This document shows positions 16,641 to 25,125 of a stretch of 54,251 bases of DNA, one piece after another. Both the position numbers and the translations under genes were made by a program. Source of the DNA: Candidatus Eiseniibacteriota bacterium (GTDB lineage Bacteria; Eisenbacteria; RBG-16-71-46). The stretch is taken from assembly GCA_039917105.1 (NCBI GenBank), contig JBDSKE010000003.1:1-54251 (forward strand), in the 5' to 3' direction. The notes beneath the pieces are model-generated. The model saw only the letters and a program-made list of their open reading frames with translations, was not told where the DNA came from and made no database searches. How positions within the stretch are numbered: the first letter of the stretch is position 1; each line of letters starts with the position of its first letter.

Positions 16641-18210
16641 CCGACTCGCTCGCCGGCCGCACTGCGTGCGCGCGCGGGTCGAGCCCCAGCTGGACACGGG
16701 CGCCCAGGAGCTTGCCCAGCCCCTCCAGGCGCCGCCGGGCGGCCCAGAGCTCGAGCTGGGCATCGCGCCGGGCCATGACCAGCACCGAGACGCACTTCCC
16801 GCGGCGCACCACACGCAGGTCGCGGATCAACTGATAATGACTGCGGTCGAGCCCCTCTGCGATCCGCAGCATGGCCGATAACCATTTCACCATACGTCGG
16901 GTGCCCTTGGACAACGAAGCATAGTCCGCATTGCCGCCCCTGCGCGGCCGGGGCTTGCCGTGATACCGCGCAACCGAGGCCACGACCTCGACCTCTGCTT
17001 CATCGAGCCCTCGCAGCGCACCGTGGCGGATGATGTAGGCCGAATGTTGCGCGTGCCCATCGTAGCCAACCACCGAACCCACGTCGTGCAATAACGCCGC
17101 GTAGTGCAGCAGCTCCCGTTCGGTTTCGTCCAGTCCATGCGCGGCTCGCAGCTCATCGAACAGGCGCAGTGCCAGCTTGGCCACGTGGCGGGGGTGCGGT
17201 CCGTCGGCGCCGAAACGAGCCAGCAACCCGAGCGCACTGCGTATCCGCAGGTCCTCGATCGGCCCCAGGGCCTTGACCTCGCGCGCATGCCGCTCGAGCC
17301 AATCGGTGACCAAGCCCTCGCGGACACCGAAGTCCGACAGCGTGATCTGGTCGACACGGGCCTGGCGCAACACCTCGAGCAACACCAATCCGCCCGGCAC
17401 GATGATCTCGGCGCGACGAGCATCGAGTCCAGGTAGTCTCTCGCGCTGCGCCTCGGACATGCGCCACAACCGCTTGACTTGGCGTTCGAGCGAGGCCGCC
17501 GTGATCACGTGCCCATTGATCTGGCGGATACCCTCACCCCTCTCGTTCCAGTTCGCCACCTGCGCCAACGCATGGATCGCTCCCGAACTGCCGAATACGC
17601 TGACCGGCTTGACCTCGCCAATGGAACGAAAGGCGAAGCGCAATTGCTTGCGGATGTGCCGCTGCAGCGAGGACAACTCACGTGGGGTGGGGGGGTCGTG
17701 CGATAACAAGGTCTCGGTCAGGCGCAACGAGCCCAACGGCACACTCACCACCTGATGCAATCTCTCGCGGTCAGCTACCACCAACTGTGCGCTGCCGCCG
17801 CCGATGTCGACGATGAGCGATGGGCGAGCGTCCAATTGCAACGCTGCGCGGGTCGCCAGATAAATGAGTCGGCCTTCCTCCTCGGCGGGAATCACGCGCG
17901 GCGAAACCCCCGAGGCCGAGCGGGCGGCCCGCAGGAACTCGCCACCATTGCTGGCCTCGCGCACCGCTGCCGTCGCGGTGCACAGGATGCGGTCCACCTG
18001 ATGCCGTCTCGCCAACTGCACGAACCGCCGCAGGGCCGCGACCGTGCGTCGCACGGCCTCACCCTTCAGCCGGCCAGCCTCGAATGACCCACGCCCCACC
18101 TGCACCACCTCGCGTTCGCGATCCAACACTGCGAACTCGGTTTGGCGCACGGACTCGGCGATGACCATATGGATCGAGTTGGTGCCAATATCTATGGCTG
18201 CTATACGCAT
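16555..18210 (-). CDS. ppx: Ppx/GppA exopolyphosphatase with a C-terminal HD domain
   Basis: ATG 18210 gives MRIAAIDIGTNSIHMVIAE (ASKHA phosphate-1 motif). IVDIGGGSAQL is present. HD-domain motif HYAALLHDVG. The upstream part of the ORF (18211-18351) is judged non-coding. Confidence 0.92.
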   Translation of the reverse strand: MRIAAIDIGTNSIHMVIAESVRQTEFAVLDREREVVQVGRGSFEAGRLKGEAVRRTVAALRRFVQLARRHQVDRILCTATAAVREASNGGEFLRAARSASGVSPRVIPAEEEGRLIYLATRAALQLDARPSLIVDIGGGSAQLVVADRERLHQVVSVPLGSLRLTETLLSHDPPTPRELSSLQRHIRKQLRFAFRSIGEVKPVSVFGSSGAIHALAQVANWNERGEGIRQINGHVITAASLERQVKRLWRMSEAQRERLPGLDARRAEIIVPGGLVLLEVLRQARVDQITLSDFGVREGLVTDWLERHAREVKALGPIEDLRIRSALGLLARFGADGPHPRHVAKLALRLFDELRAAHGLDETERELLHYAALLHDVGSVVGYDGHAQHSAYIIRHGALRGLDEAEVEVVASVARYHGKPRPRRGGNADYASLSKGTRRMVKWLSAMLRIAEGLDRSHYQLIRDLRVVRRGKCVSVLVMARRDAQLELWAARRRLEGLGKLLGARVQLGLDPRAHAVRPASESVKPVSRGQRAGAANGTAPPRRGVRTPTA

Positions 18211-18595
18211 GGGACTCCCGAATGTGATCGTGGGCAGGACGACACGGCCCACGAGCAGAAGGCTTTGCTCCCGCGATAGCATCGCGTCGAGGCCACGGCG
18301 CAGAATGTACACGCCGACGCTCAAAGATACCCCGCCAATTGTAAGTAGCATCCCGCCCAGGCAGCGCGTGACGGCATTTCACTCGGCGGGGGCCAGACGA
18401 GCCCCTGCAAGCCGCGTCGGATGGTCCAAACAAGTTCACTTGGCGGCATGATTATGGCTAACCGTGTTCGCGGGGCCGCAACCTTGCGACGCCGAAAGCC
18501 CACCCGACCAATGCAACAGATGGCTGGACGGGGCCGACGTTCGCCATTAATGAAACCTGTTGGCGGCCACGCCGACGGGGAATCGGGAGCTTTGC

Positions 18596-19243
18596 ATGTT
18601 GGATCGTCGAATGTGGGTTGCACCCGTGCTTGTCGCGATGTTGTCTGTCTGCAGTGCCCAGGTACGAGCGGACGATATGGTCGCGGGCAGCATGAAACTG
18701 AATAAAGAGCAGGTGGGCTCGACCATGAGTAACTGGCCAAGCGCATCCAAGGATGCGATCAATTACATGATGGACAAATACGGGCCCCCGACAGCGATGA
18801 CCTCCGAGATGGCGTTATGGGGCAAGACCGGTCCGTGGAAACGGACAGTCGTCTACTCGAAGGAGTATCAGCACGACTTCCCGGGGCCACATACCGATGT
18901 CATGCAGCAATGGCTCGACTACAAGGTCCCCCCCAAGATGTACGCGATGTTGGCCGCATACGACGGCAGTGTCGTGCTTGAGCGCACCACGGGTGAGATG
19001 TCCGCGCGCTGCGACAAAGAAGCCGCCAACTTCCTCGCCGTCAACCTGGCCGACGAGATCGTGCGTGGAAAGCGGTCAGTGCAGTCCGCTCGGCGCATGT
19101 ACGGAGAGCAGATCATGGCGATGAAAGCCGGGAAGTCTGCTCCGTACACCGAGCGGATCATGTTTGGAATGATGACCAGCACGAACGATCCCGATCAAGC
19201 AGTCGCGAAGCCTGGCCAGGGCATGGCCGGGTCAAACCATTGA
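18596..19243 (+). CDS. Secreted methionine-rich hypothetical protein
   Basis: ATG 18596 has GGGAG 7 nt upstream. Signal peptide MLDRRMWVAPVLVAMLSVCSAQVRA. 21 Met in 215 aa, counted from the translation. No family recognised. A terminator follows. Confidence 0.7.
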   Translation: MLDRRMWVAPVLVAMLSVCSAQVRADDMVAGSMKLNKEQVGSTMSNWPSASKDAINYMMDKYGPPTAMTSEMALWGKTGPWKRTVVYSKEYQHDFPGPHTDVMQQWLDYKVPPKMYAMLAAYDGSVVLERTTGEMSARCDKEAANFLAVNLADEIVRGKRSVQSARRMYGEQIMAMKAGKSAPYTERIMFGMMTSTNDPDQAVAKPGQGMAGSNH

Positions 19244-19263
19244 ACTAGAACCACCGTTGCTGT

Positions 19264-19303
19264 CGAGTAGGGCGAGCAATCGTCCTACTCGCTTTCCCCT
19301 TTG
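19264..19303 (+). terminator. Rho-independent terminator after the Met-rich protein gene
   Basis: cgagtagg gcga / gcaa tetraloop / tcgt cctactcg forms a ~12-bp stem including a G-U pair. It is followed by cTTTccccTTT. Confidence 0.6.
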
Positions 19304-19368
19304 GCCCCCACCGCCTTCGTCCAACATGCGCAGCGCGTGGGCGGGCCTCATCAAGGAGACTTCATCCC

Positions 19369-20892
19369 ATGAAACGCCTTCAATCATTCGTAGTCACGGC
19401 TGCTGCCCTGCTCTTTCTCGCCCTCCCGGCTTTATCTGCGAACGCCGCGGGCCCACAACCGGTGGTGCTGAAATTCGCGCAAGCCGCGCCTGCCCGGGTC
19501 TCGATCAATATCTACGACGTCACCGGTCAGCTCGTTCGTCGAGTCCTCGACCAGGACATGACCACGGGAGACCATTCGGTTACTTGGGATGGAGTAGCCG
19601 ATAATGGCCGAACCATCGGGCCGGGGTTGTACTTCACCAAGATCCAAGTGGGCTCGGCAGTGTTCCAGGGTCGCATCGCGGTTGCCGGGGGCGTCATGAC
19701 CACAGCCAATTCAGGCGCCCGCCCTGTGGCGATTCCTGAGAAGCGCCGCCAAAACATTGCAGCGGCCGGCGTCCTGTACGTCGAGAGCAACGATCCTCGG
19801 CCTGGCATGAATGCCATTCTTGCCTATCGGCGCTCCGCGGACGGTTCGCTTTCGCCGCTACCAGGAACTCCCTTCTTGACCGGCGGGGCTGGCGTCGGAG
19901 ACCCGACGCAGGCACTCGGGCCGCTCGATTCCGATCAAGAAATCGTCGTGAGCGACGACCATCAGATGCTGTTCGCAGTCAACTCAGGAAGCAACACCAT
20001 CGCCGTCTTCGACATCGCCTCCGATGGATCGCTTGCTTCCGTTGCCGGGTCCCCCTTCCCCTCGGGAGGCATCAACCCGGTCAGCCTCGGGCTTGCGGGG
20101 GACAAGCTTTACGTCGTGAACAAGAACATGGACCCAGGCCAGGAAGGTGCCCCAGGCCTGCCCAACTACACCGGTTTTCGTGTTCGCCAAAGCGGCGAGT
20201 TGAGCCCGATCCCAAACTCAACAGCCACCGCACCGCCAGGGTCGTCGCCGACCCAAGCACTCATCGCGCCCAACGATCGGCTCATGTTCGGGGCTGATTT
20301 CTTCGCTGGCGATTTGCGCGCCTTCCGGATCGAACCCAGTGGTCGTCTCCAGGAAGCTCCGGGCTCTCCTCAGAAATTGCCCTCATTCGTACCACCTCCT
20401 GCCTTGCCGTTGGGGTTGGCCGCGCACCCTTCGTTGAACCTTCTCTATGTGGGATTCGTCACCGCGGATTCAATCGGAGTCTATCGATACGATTCAACGA
20501 CCGGCGCATTGACATTCCTGCACGTCGCGGACGATTCAGGAAGTGCCCCCTGCTGGATCATCGTCAATCAGCCAGGGAGCGCCGCTTACGTGGTCAACAC
20601 AGGGGACAACTCCGTCTCGTTCTACAGCCTCGCCAACCCAGAAATGCCCCTCGAGACCCAACACCTGATCATGCAGGGCCCCGGCATGCCGTTTCAGGAG
20701 GCACTCGATCCCTCGGCCAGATTCCTCTATGTAGTCTCGCAGCGGACGACAATCGACCCGACTGACCTGACTGGAAACGTGTTGCATACGCTGCTGGTGG
20801 CTCCGGACGGGACCATTACGGAGGCGCCGTTCTCACCGCTGGCTTTACCGGTCCCGTATTTTGCAAGGCCCCAGGGCATCGTGGTGCTGTGA
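19369..20892 (+). CDS. Secreted protein with an N-terminal FlgD-Ig-like domain and a lactonase-type 7-bladed beta-propeller
   Basis: AAGGAG RBS. Signal peptide MKRLQSFVVTAAALLFLALPALSANA. Residues ~30-105 (ARVSINIYDVTGQLVRRVL...HSVTWDGVADNGRTIGPGLYFTKI) match the FlgD-Ig pattern. The remainder has repeated ...FAVNSGSNTIAVFDIASDGSL..., ...LYVVNKN..., ...AYVVNTGDNSVSFYSL... blades. Confidence 0.8.
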   Translation: MKRLQSFVVTAAALLFLALPALSANAAGPQPVVLKFAQAAPARVSINIYDVTGQLVRRVLDQDMTTGDHSVTWDGVADNGRTIGPGLYFTKIQVGSAVFQGRIAVAGGVMTTANSGARPVAIPEKRRQNIAAAGVLYVESNDPRPGMNAILAYRRSADGSLSPLPGTPFLTGGAGVGDPTQALGPLDSDQEIVVSDDHQMLFAVNSGSNTIAVFDIASDGSLASVAGSPFPSGGINPVSLGLAGDKLYVVNKNMDPGQEGAPGLPNYTGFRVRQSGELSPIPNSTATAPPGSSPTQALIAPNDRLMFGADFFAGDLRAFRIEPSGRLQEAPGSPQKLPSFVPPPALPLGLAAHPSLNLLYVGFVTADSIGVYRYDSTTGALTFLHVADDSGSAPCWIIVNQPGSAAYVVNTGDNSVSFYSLANPEMPLETQHLIMQGPGMPFQEALDPSARFLYVVSQRTTIDPTDLTGNVLHTLLVAPDGTITEAPFSPLALPVPYFARPQGIVVL

Positions 20893-20910
20893 CCTGGCCC
20901 GCCCACCAAT

Positions 20911-20949
20911 GAATCGCGATCGCTGGGTTCTTCCCAACGATCGCGATTC
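20911..20949. repeat. Perfect 12-bp inverted repeat (hairpin) between convergent genes
   Basis: gaatcgcgatcg (20911-20922) and cgatcgcgattc (20938-20949) are separated by a 15-nt spacer. Confidence 0.9.
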
Positions 20950-20960
20950 GCTTCAAAATG

Positions 20961-20992
20961 GCGACTCGCAGTCCTGGAGTCGCTATTGTTTT
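20961..20992. terminator. Putative bidirectional terminator hairpin
   Basis: gcgactc / 9-nt loop / gagtcgc, followed by taTTgTTTT on the plus strand and caTTTTg on the minus strand. It abuts the TAG stop of the minus-strand gene at 20983-20985. Confidence 0.5.
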
Positions 20993-22521
20993 CGTCGCTT
21001 GCCCGCCACGGGTCGCAAGTCATCGATCGCGGGCCCCGTGACTACTTTCCCATGGCGATCGAAACGAGATCCGTGACAGGGGCAATCCCAGCTTTTCTCT
21101 GCTGAGTTCCACGCCACCTCGCACCCCAGGTGAGTGCACTTGGCAGACATGCGGCTCAGGCTCCCTTGCTCGTCCCGATACACGGCGTAGGCATGGCCTG
21201 TTCGGCGGATGACTGCGCCTTCGCTCGGATGTATCGAGGCGAGCGTGCGACGCTGGGGTGTCGTCGCATTGTCGTTGGCATTGGACTCCCCAGCCGCGAC
21301 GCTTCGCTGCTTGATTCTGCGGATCTTGCGCGCAGGATCGAAGAGCGAAGCGGCAGGGTGCTTGCGTCCGCTCCATCTGTCGGTGATCAGCGTCGCCGCC
21401 ATCATGCCGTAGGTCATGCCCGAGCCCGAGGCGCCGGTCACGATGGAAAGATGCGAGCCCCTTCCATCCTGCCCGATGAATGCCAGCCCATCATGGGGCT
21501 CGAACACTTGTCCAGACCACCGGTGGGCGATCTTGCCGCACATGGGGAATCGCTCGCGAGTCCAGCGCTCCAGCGCACTCCACCGCGTCGCGGCGTCGTC
21601 ATGCTTTCCGGTCGGATGATCCTCACCTCCCACGATCAGCAGGTCGCCGCTCGAAGCCGATGAATCCCCGCGTTGCACACGCACATAGTGATAGGGCTTG
21701 AGCGTGTCGTAGTACAACGCTTGGGGGACCGAGCCACGCGGAATCTCCACGCCGATCACGAATGTACGATAGGCGGATTGTTTCGCATGCATCGCGAGCC
21801 GCGAATGGACCGGCGTGTTCGTGGCCATCACGATCTCATCGGCCACGATGGTGGGACCATCCTTGACCACAACCTGCCCGGGCCGGCCGGGAGTGATCTT
21901 GCTTGCATGAGCGTTGGTGACGATCAGCCCGCCATTGCGCTGGATCGCTTCCACGAGGCCCCGCAGGTAGCGCAGGGGATGGAACTGGGCCTGATCTGGA
22001 AAATGCAGGCAGCGGCCTGTCTCGAACGGCAGGAGCGGGGCGCGCTCCGACCATTGCAGACCGAGGATTCCGGCCCGTCGAGCCGCCGCGAACTCCCGCT
22101 CCAGTTCTTTCACACTCTGGCCGCGGGGGGCGTACAAATAGGCACTCGCCCGCGCGAAGCCACACGCGATCTGCTCCTGTCGAACAATCGACTCCATGCG
22201 CTCGATGGCGGCAGCGTGACTCTGCGCGGCAAGTTTCGCGCCCCGCGCCCCATGGAGCCGCTCGAGCTCGAAGTAGCGATGGTCGAGGACCTGGGTGAGA
22301 TGCGCCGTCGTTCGAGCAGTTTCGCCGTCAGCGATCGCGCCGCTGTCGATCACCACCACCTCACGTCCCTCGCGCGTGGCCAGATAGGCGGTGCTCAAGC
22401 CCGTGATCCCTGCCCCGATGATGCAGATTTCGGTGCGCAGATCGCGTTTGAGCCGCCGCGCCGATACGATGGCGGGTTCCTGCATCCAGGGCGACCGGGT
22501 CCTGCCCGAGGCGCTTCTCAT
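20983..22521 (-). CDS. FAD-dependent oxidoreductase (DAO-type) fused to a C-terminal Rieske [2Fe-2S] domain (YhfW-like architecture)
   Basis: Rossmann motif [16 protein letters not shown]. Rieske motifs CTHLGCEV and CPCHGSRF. The start is uncertain (ATG 22521 or 22485). The upstream part of the 607-aa ORF is judged non-coding. Confidence 0.87.
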   Translation of the reverse strand: MRSASGRTRSPWMQEPAIVSARRLKRDLRTEICIIGAGITGLSTAYLATREGREVVVIDSGAIADGETARTTAHLTQVLDHRYFELERLHGARGAKLAAQSHAAAIERMESIVRQEQIACGFARASAYLYAPRGQSVKELEREFAAARRAGILGLQWSERAPLLPFETGRCLHFPDQAQFHPLRYLRGLVEAIQRNGGLIVTNAHASKITPGRPGQVVVKDGPTIVADEIVMATNTPVHSRLAMHAKQSAYRTFVIGVEIPRGSVPQALYYDTLKPYHYVRVQRGDSSASSGDLLIVGGEDHPTGKHDDAATRWSALERWTRERFPMCGKIAHRWSGQVFEPHDGLAFIGQDGRGSHLSIVTGASGSGMTYGMMAATLITDRWSGRKHPAASLFDPARKIRRIKQRSVAAGESNANDNATTPQRRTLASIHPSEGAVIRRTGHAYAVYRDEQGSLSRMSAKCTHLGCEVAWNSAEKSWDCPCHGSRFDRHGKVVTGPAIDDLRPVAGKRRKQ

Positions 22522-22768
22522 GGAACGGTCGGCCTTCTGGGCTCGAGTGGAACAGGCGGTGGTGAGGTTCGACTCACAGGTGATGCTTCTGGCCGGCATA
22601 TAAGGGTGCTGACGCGGTCCGGCGATCGCGCGCGGTCCGCAGACCCATCGGAGCTTGACTCCGCCATCACAAGCCGTTTCCGGTTCACTGCCCGTCTCAC
22701 CGCCTGAAGTGACACGCCTTGCGCTCGAAATAATATAGCAAACGCCGCGCCACCTTTGGCAATCCTGG

Positions 22769-23824
22769 TCAGTGCCAGCCCTCGCGCAGCGCGCGCGCAT
22801 AGGCATCCCAGTAGGGATCGGGCTGCATGTGGTCGAATGGGGTGACCTGCCCGTTGGCCTCGCTCACCCACAGCCGACCGGATCCCGGCATCACCTTGCC
22901 CACCTCGGCTGCCTCGATTCCCTCTTCGGCCAGGGCCGCCAATGCGGCTGGCAAGTGCTGCGGCCGCACACAGGCGATCAAGGCACCCTCGGCCAGCGAC
23001 CATTCCGGGGCGACTCCCAGTACCTCGCAGGCCACCTTCACCTCGGGCCGAAACGGCACGCGCTCGCGCTCGACACGCACATCGCCGCCGCATGCCTTGG
23101 CGAGTTCGAGCAGGCCGCCGAACACGCCCCCTTCGGTGGCGTCGTGCAAAGCGGTGACACCGCGGTCGTGCACACCCACCCGCAACACGGCCCGGCAATC
23201 CGCCACAACGCTCACCTGCGACTCCAGCCCGACCAACCACGCCATGGCAGGCTCGTCGAGCTGTGCGCGCAGGCGTTCCGGAAACAATGATGCGGCAACC
23301 GCCGCCGTCTCGATTGCGAATCCCTTGGTCACGATCACGCGATCGCCGGGCAAGGCCATGCTGGGCGTGAGGTAGCGCCCTTCATCGCCCACGCCGATCA
23401 ACGTGGCGGCGCCGACGATGCTCAGGTCGCAGCCATCATAGCGCCCGGTATGCCCGGTCACCACGGCCACACCCAACTCGCGCCAGGTATCGCTCATCGC
23501 CTGCCAGTACTCCTCGAACGCAGTGTCACTGAAATCAGGCGGCAGGTTGAAATCCACACTCGCGTATGCCGGCGGGATACCGGTCGTCCACAGATCACTC
23601 GCGATCAAGTGGCAGGCAAGCCGCGCTGAACGCGCCGGCCCAAATGCTGGAATCAGGCTGAGCGGATCGGTCGTGATCGCCAGTACGCGGCCCGCGCCGA
23701 TTCGCACGATCGCGGCGTCGTGCCCGATGCGCGGCCCCACCAGCACCTCGGAGCGTGCGGCTCCCAGGTGCGGTGCGACGATGCGCGAGAAGGTCTCGGG
23801 CGTGAGCTTGCCGAGCGCGTCCAT
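22769..23824 (-). CDS. AIR-synthase-related (PurM/ThiL/HypE superfamily) protein
   Basis: ATG 23824 gives [16 protein letters not shown]...[25 protein letters not shown] (N-domain Asp motif). This is followed by [10 protein letters not shown] and a C-terminal PurM-like domain. Confidence 0.8.
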   Translation of the reverse strand: MDALGKLTPETFSRIVAPHLGAARSEVLVGPRIGHDAAIVRIGAGRVLAITTDPLSLIPAFGPARSARLACHLIASDLWTTGIPPAYASVDFNLPPDFSDTAFEEYWQAMSDTWRELGVAVVTGHTGRYDGCDLSIVGAATLIGVGDEGRYLTPSMALPGDRVIVTKGFAIETAAVAASLFPERLRAQLDEPAMAWLVGLESQVSVVADCRAVLRVGVHDRGVTALHDATEGGVFGGLLELAKACGGDVRVERERVPFRPEVKVACEVLGVAPEWSLAEGALIACVRPQHLPAALAALAEEGIEAAEVGKVMPGSGRLWVSEANGQVTPFDHMQPDPYWDAYARALREGWH

Positions 23825-23846
23825 GTCAGCTGGACAAGCGAGTCGC

Positions 23847-24626
23847 TCAGGCGCCGCGGAAAGTGACGAGCGCGAACATCGCACCCTGGGGGTCGGCAAG
23901 CACCGCCATCGTGCCGCCCCCGAAGTCCGTCGGCGGCACGAATGACTTCGCCCCCAGCGTCGTGGCCTTGGCATGGGCCGTCGCCACATCGGTGACCGCC
24001 CAGTAAACCAACCAATGCGACGGGGCTCCGGCACCGGCCGGCATTGGCAACATGCCGCCCGCAGCACCATCGCTCTTCATGAACGTGGTGTAGGTGCCCA
24101 TCGGAGAGGGCTCATCGCGGGACGTCCAATCGAAGAGCGTTGTGTAAAATGGTTTGGCCTTCTCGGAATCGGTCACATTCAGTTGGGTCCACCCGAGCGA
24201 ATCGGGCTCGCCCAATCGGGTGACACCAACATGCGTCTTGGCTTGCCAGAGCGAGAACATCGCTCCCGCCGGGTCCTGCAGCACCACCATGCGCCCAAGA
24301 TCCATCACGTCCATTGCCGGAGCCACGACCGTGGCTCCAAGCGATACGGCCTTCGCTGCGGTCGCGTCCGCGTTCTCGCACGACACATACGATCCCCAAT
24401 GCGGGGGCGTGCCCTGCTGGATCATGTCCGGCATGAGCTTGAACAGCGAGCCCACCTCTTCGCCATCCTTGAGGAGGATGGTGTAGACCATGTCGGGGCC
24501 CATCTCGTTGTCGCGATAGGTCCAGCCGAACAGATCGGTATAGAACTTCTTGGCGGCATCCTGGTCAGTGGTGGCGAGCTCCGGCCAGCAGAAGGTTCCG
24601 GGAACATGTTTCGTGACGACAGGCAT
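23847..24626 (-). CDS. Two-domain VOC (glyoxalase/bleomycin-resistance fold) family protein
   Basis: ATG 24626 has GAGGAG 5 nt upstream. Two repeats of the pattern F.W.EL...D...A..FY..LFGW...PPHW..Y..V.D.....A.A..LGA.....P......G......DP.GA.F.LWQ. Confidence 0.85.
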   Translation of the reverse strand: MPVVTKHVPGTFCWPELATTDQDAAKKFYTDLFGWTYRDNEMGPDMVYTILLKDGEEVGSLFKLMPDMIQQGTPPHWGSYVSCENADATAAKAVSLGATVVAPAMDVMDLGRMVVLQDPAGAMFSLWQAKTHVGVTRLGEPDSLGWTQLNVTDSEKAKPFYTTLFDWTSRDEPSPMGTYTTFMKSDGAAGGMLPMPAGAGAPSHWLVYWAVTDVATAHAKATTLGAKSFVPPTDFGGGTMAVLADPQGAMFALVTFRGA

Positions 24627-24774
24627 GGCGGCTCCTCGGCGAAGGGTATTTGGTTGCGCGGATGACGAGCACCCTACTCCAACGTGCACCGGGAATCCCA
24701 CTCCGCCTCGCACGCTGGACTCCTCGACCGGGGCCATGCATCGTCACGGTCCACCCGGACCTGATGGAGGCCGC

Positions 24775-25125
24775 ATGAACCCGATCACCCGCATCGCCCC
24801 GGGCGCGCGCATGAGTGGCGCCGTGATCCACGGCGACACGGTCTATCTCTCCGGCCACGTGGATGCGGATCGCTCGCTCGGTGTCACCGGCCAGACCCGC
24901 TCGATCCTCGCGCGGATCGACGAGCGCCTGGCCGCAGCGGGCACCGACAAGTCCAAGCTGCTGTCCGCCTCCATCTGGTTGGCCGACATCGCCACTTTCG
25001 ACCAGATGAACGTGGCGTGGGACGCGTGGGTGGACCCCGCCCATCCGCCCGCGCGTGCAACCGTCGAAGCGCGGCTCGCTTCGCCTGACTTCCTGGTGGA
25101 GATCGCGGTCATCGCTGCGCGCTAG
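24775..25125 (+). CDS. RidA/YjgF family protein
   Basis: 116 aa. AVIHGDTVYLSGHV...ARATVEARLASPDFLVEIAVIAAR is typical of the YjgF/RidA fold. Confidence 0.85.
   Translation: MNPITRIAPGARMSGAVIHGDTVYLSGHVDADRSLGVTGQTRSILARIDERLAAAGTDKSKLLSASIWLADIATFDQMNVAWDAWVDPAHPPARATVEARLASPDFLVEIAVIAAR

Noticed and set aside
18211-18595. An ncRNA, a tRNA, or the small ORFs 18421-18705 (+) and 18321-18746 (-) in the 385-bp gap upstream of ppx
   Set aside because: No tRNA cloverleaf or T-arm, and no recognisable RNA-family motif. The ORFs overlap the well-supported Met-rich gene start and have Arg-rich junk composition. The gap is most simply a divergent promoter region.
22553-22568. A GGTTCGA-containing stem-loop that superficially resembles a tRNA T-arm; a second GGTTCGA occurs at 51054-51060
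   Set aside because: No matching acceptor stem or anticodon arm lies at the required distances. The loop is 6 nt rather than 7. The second occurrence is part of the terminator tail.
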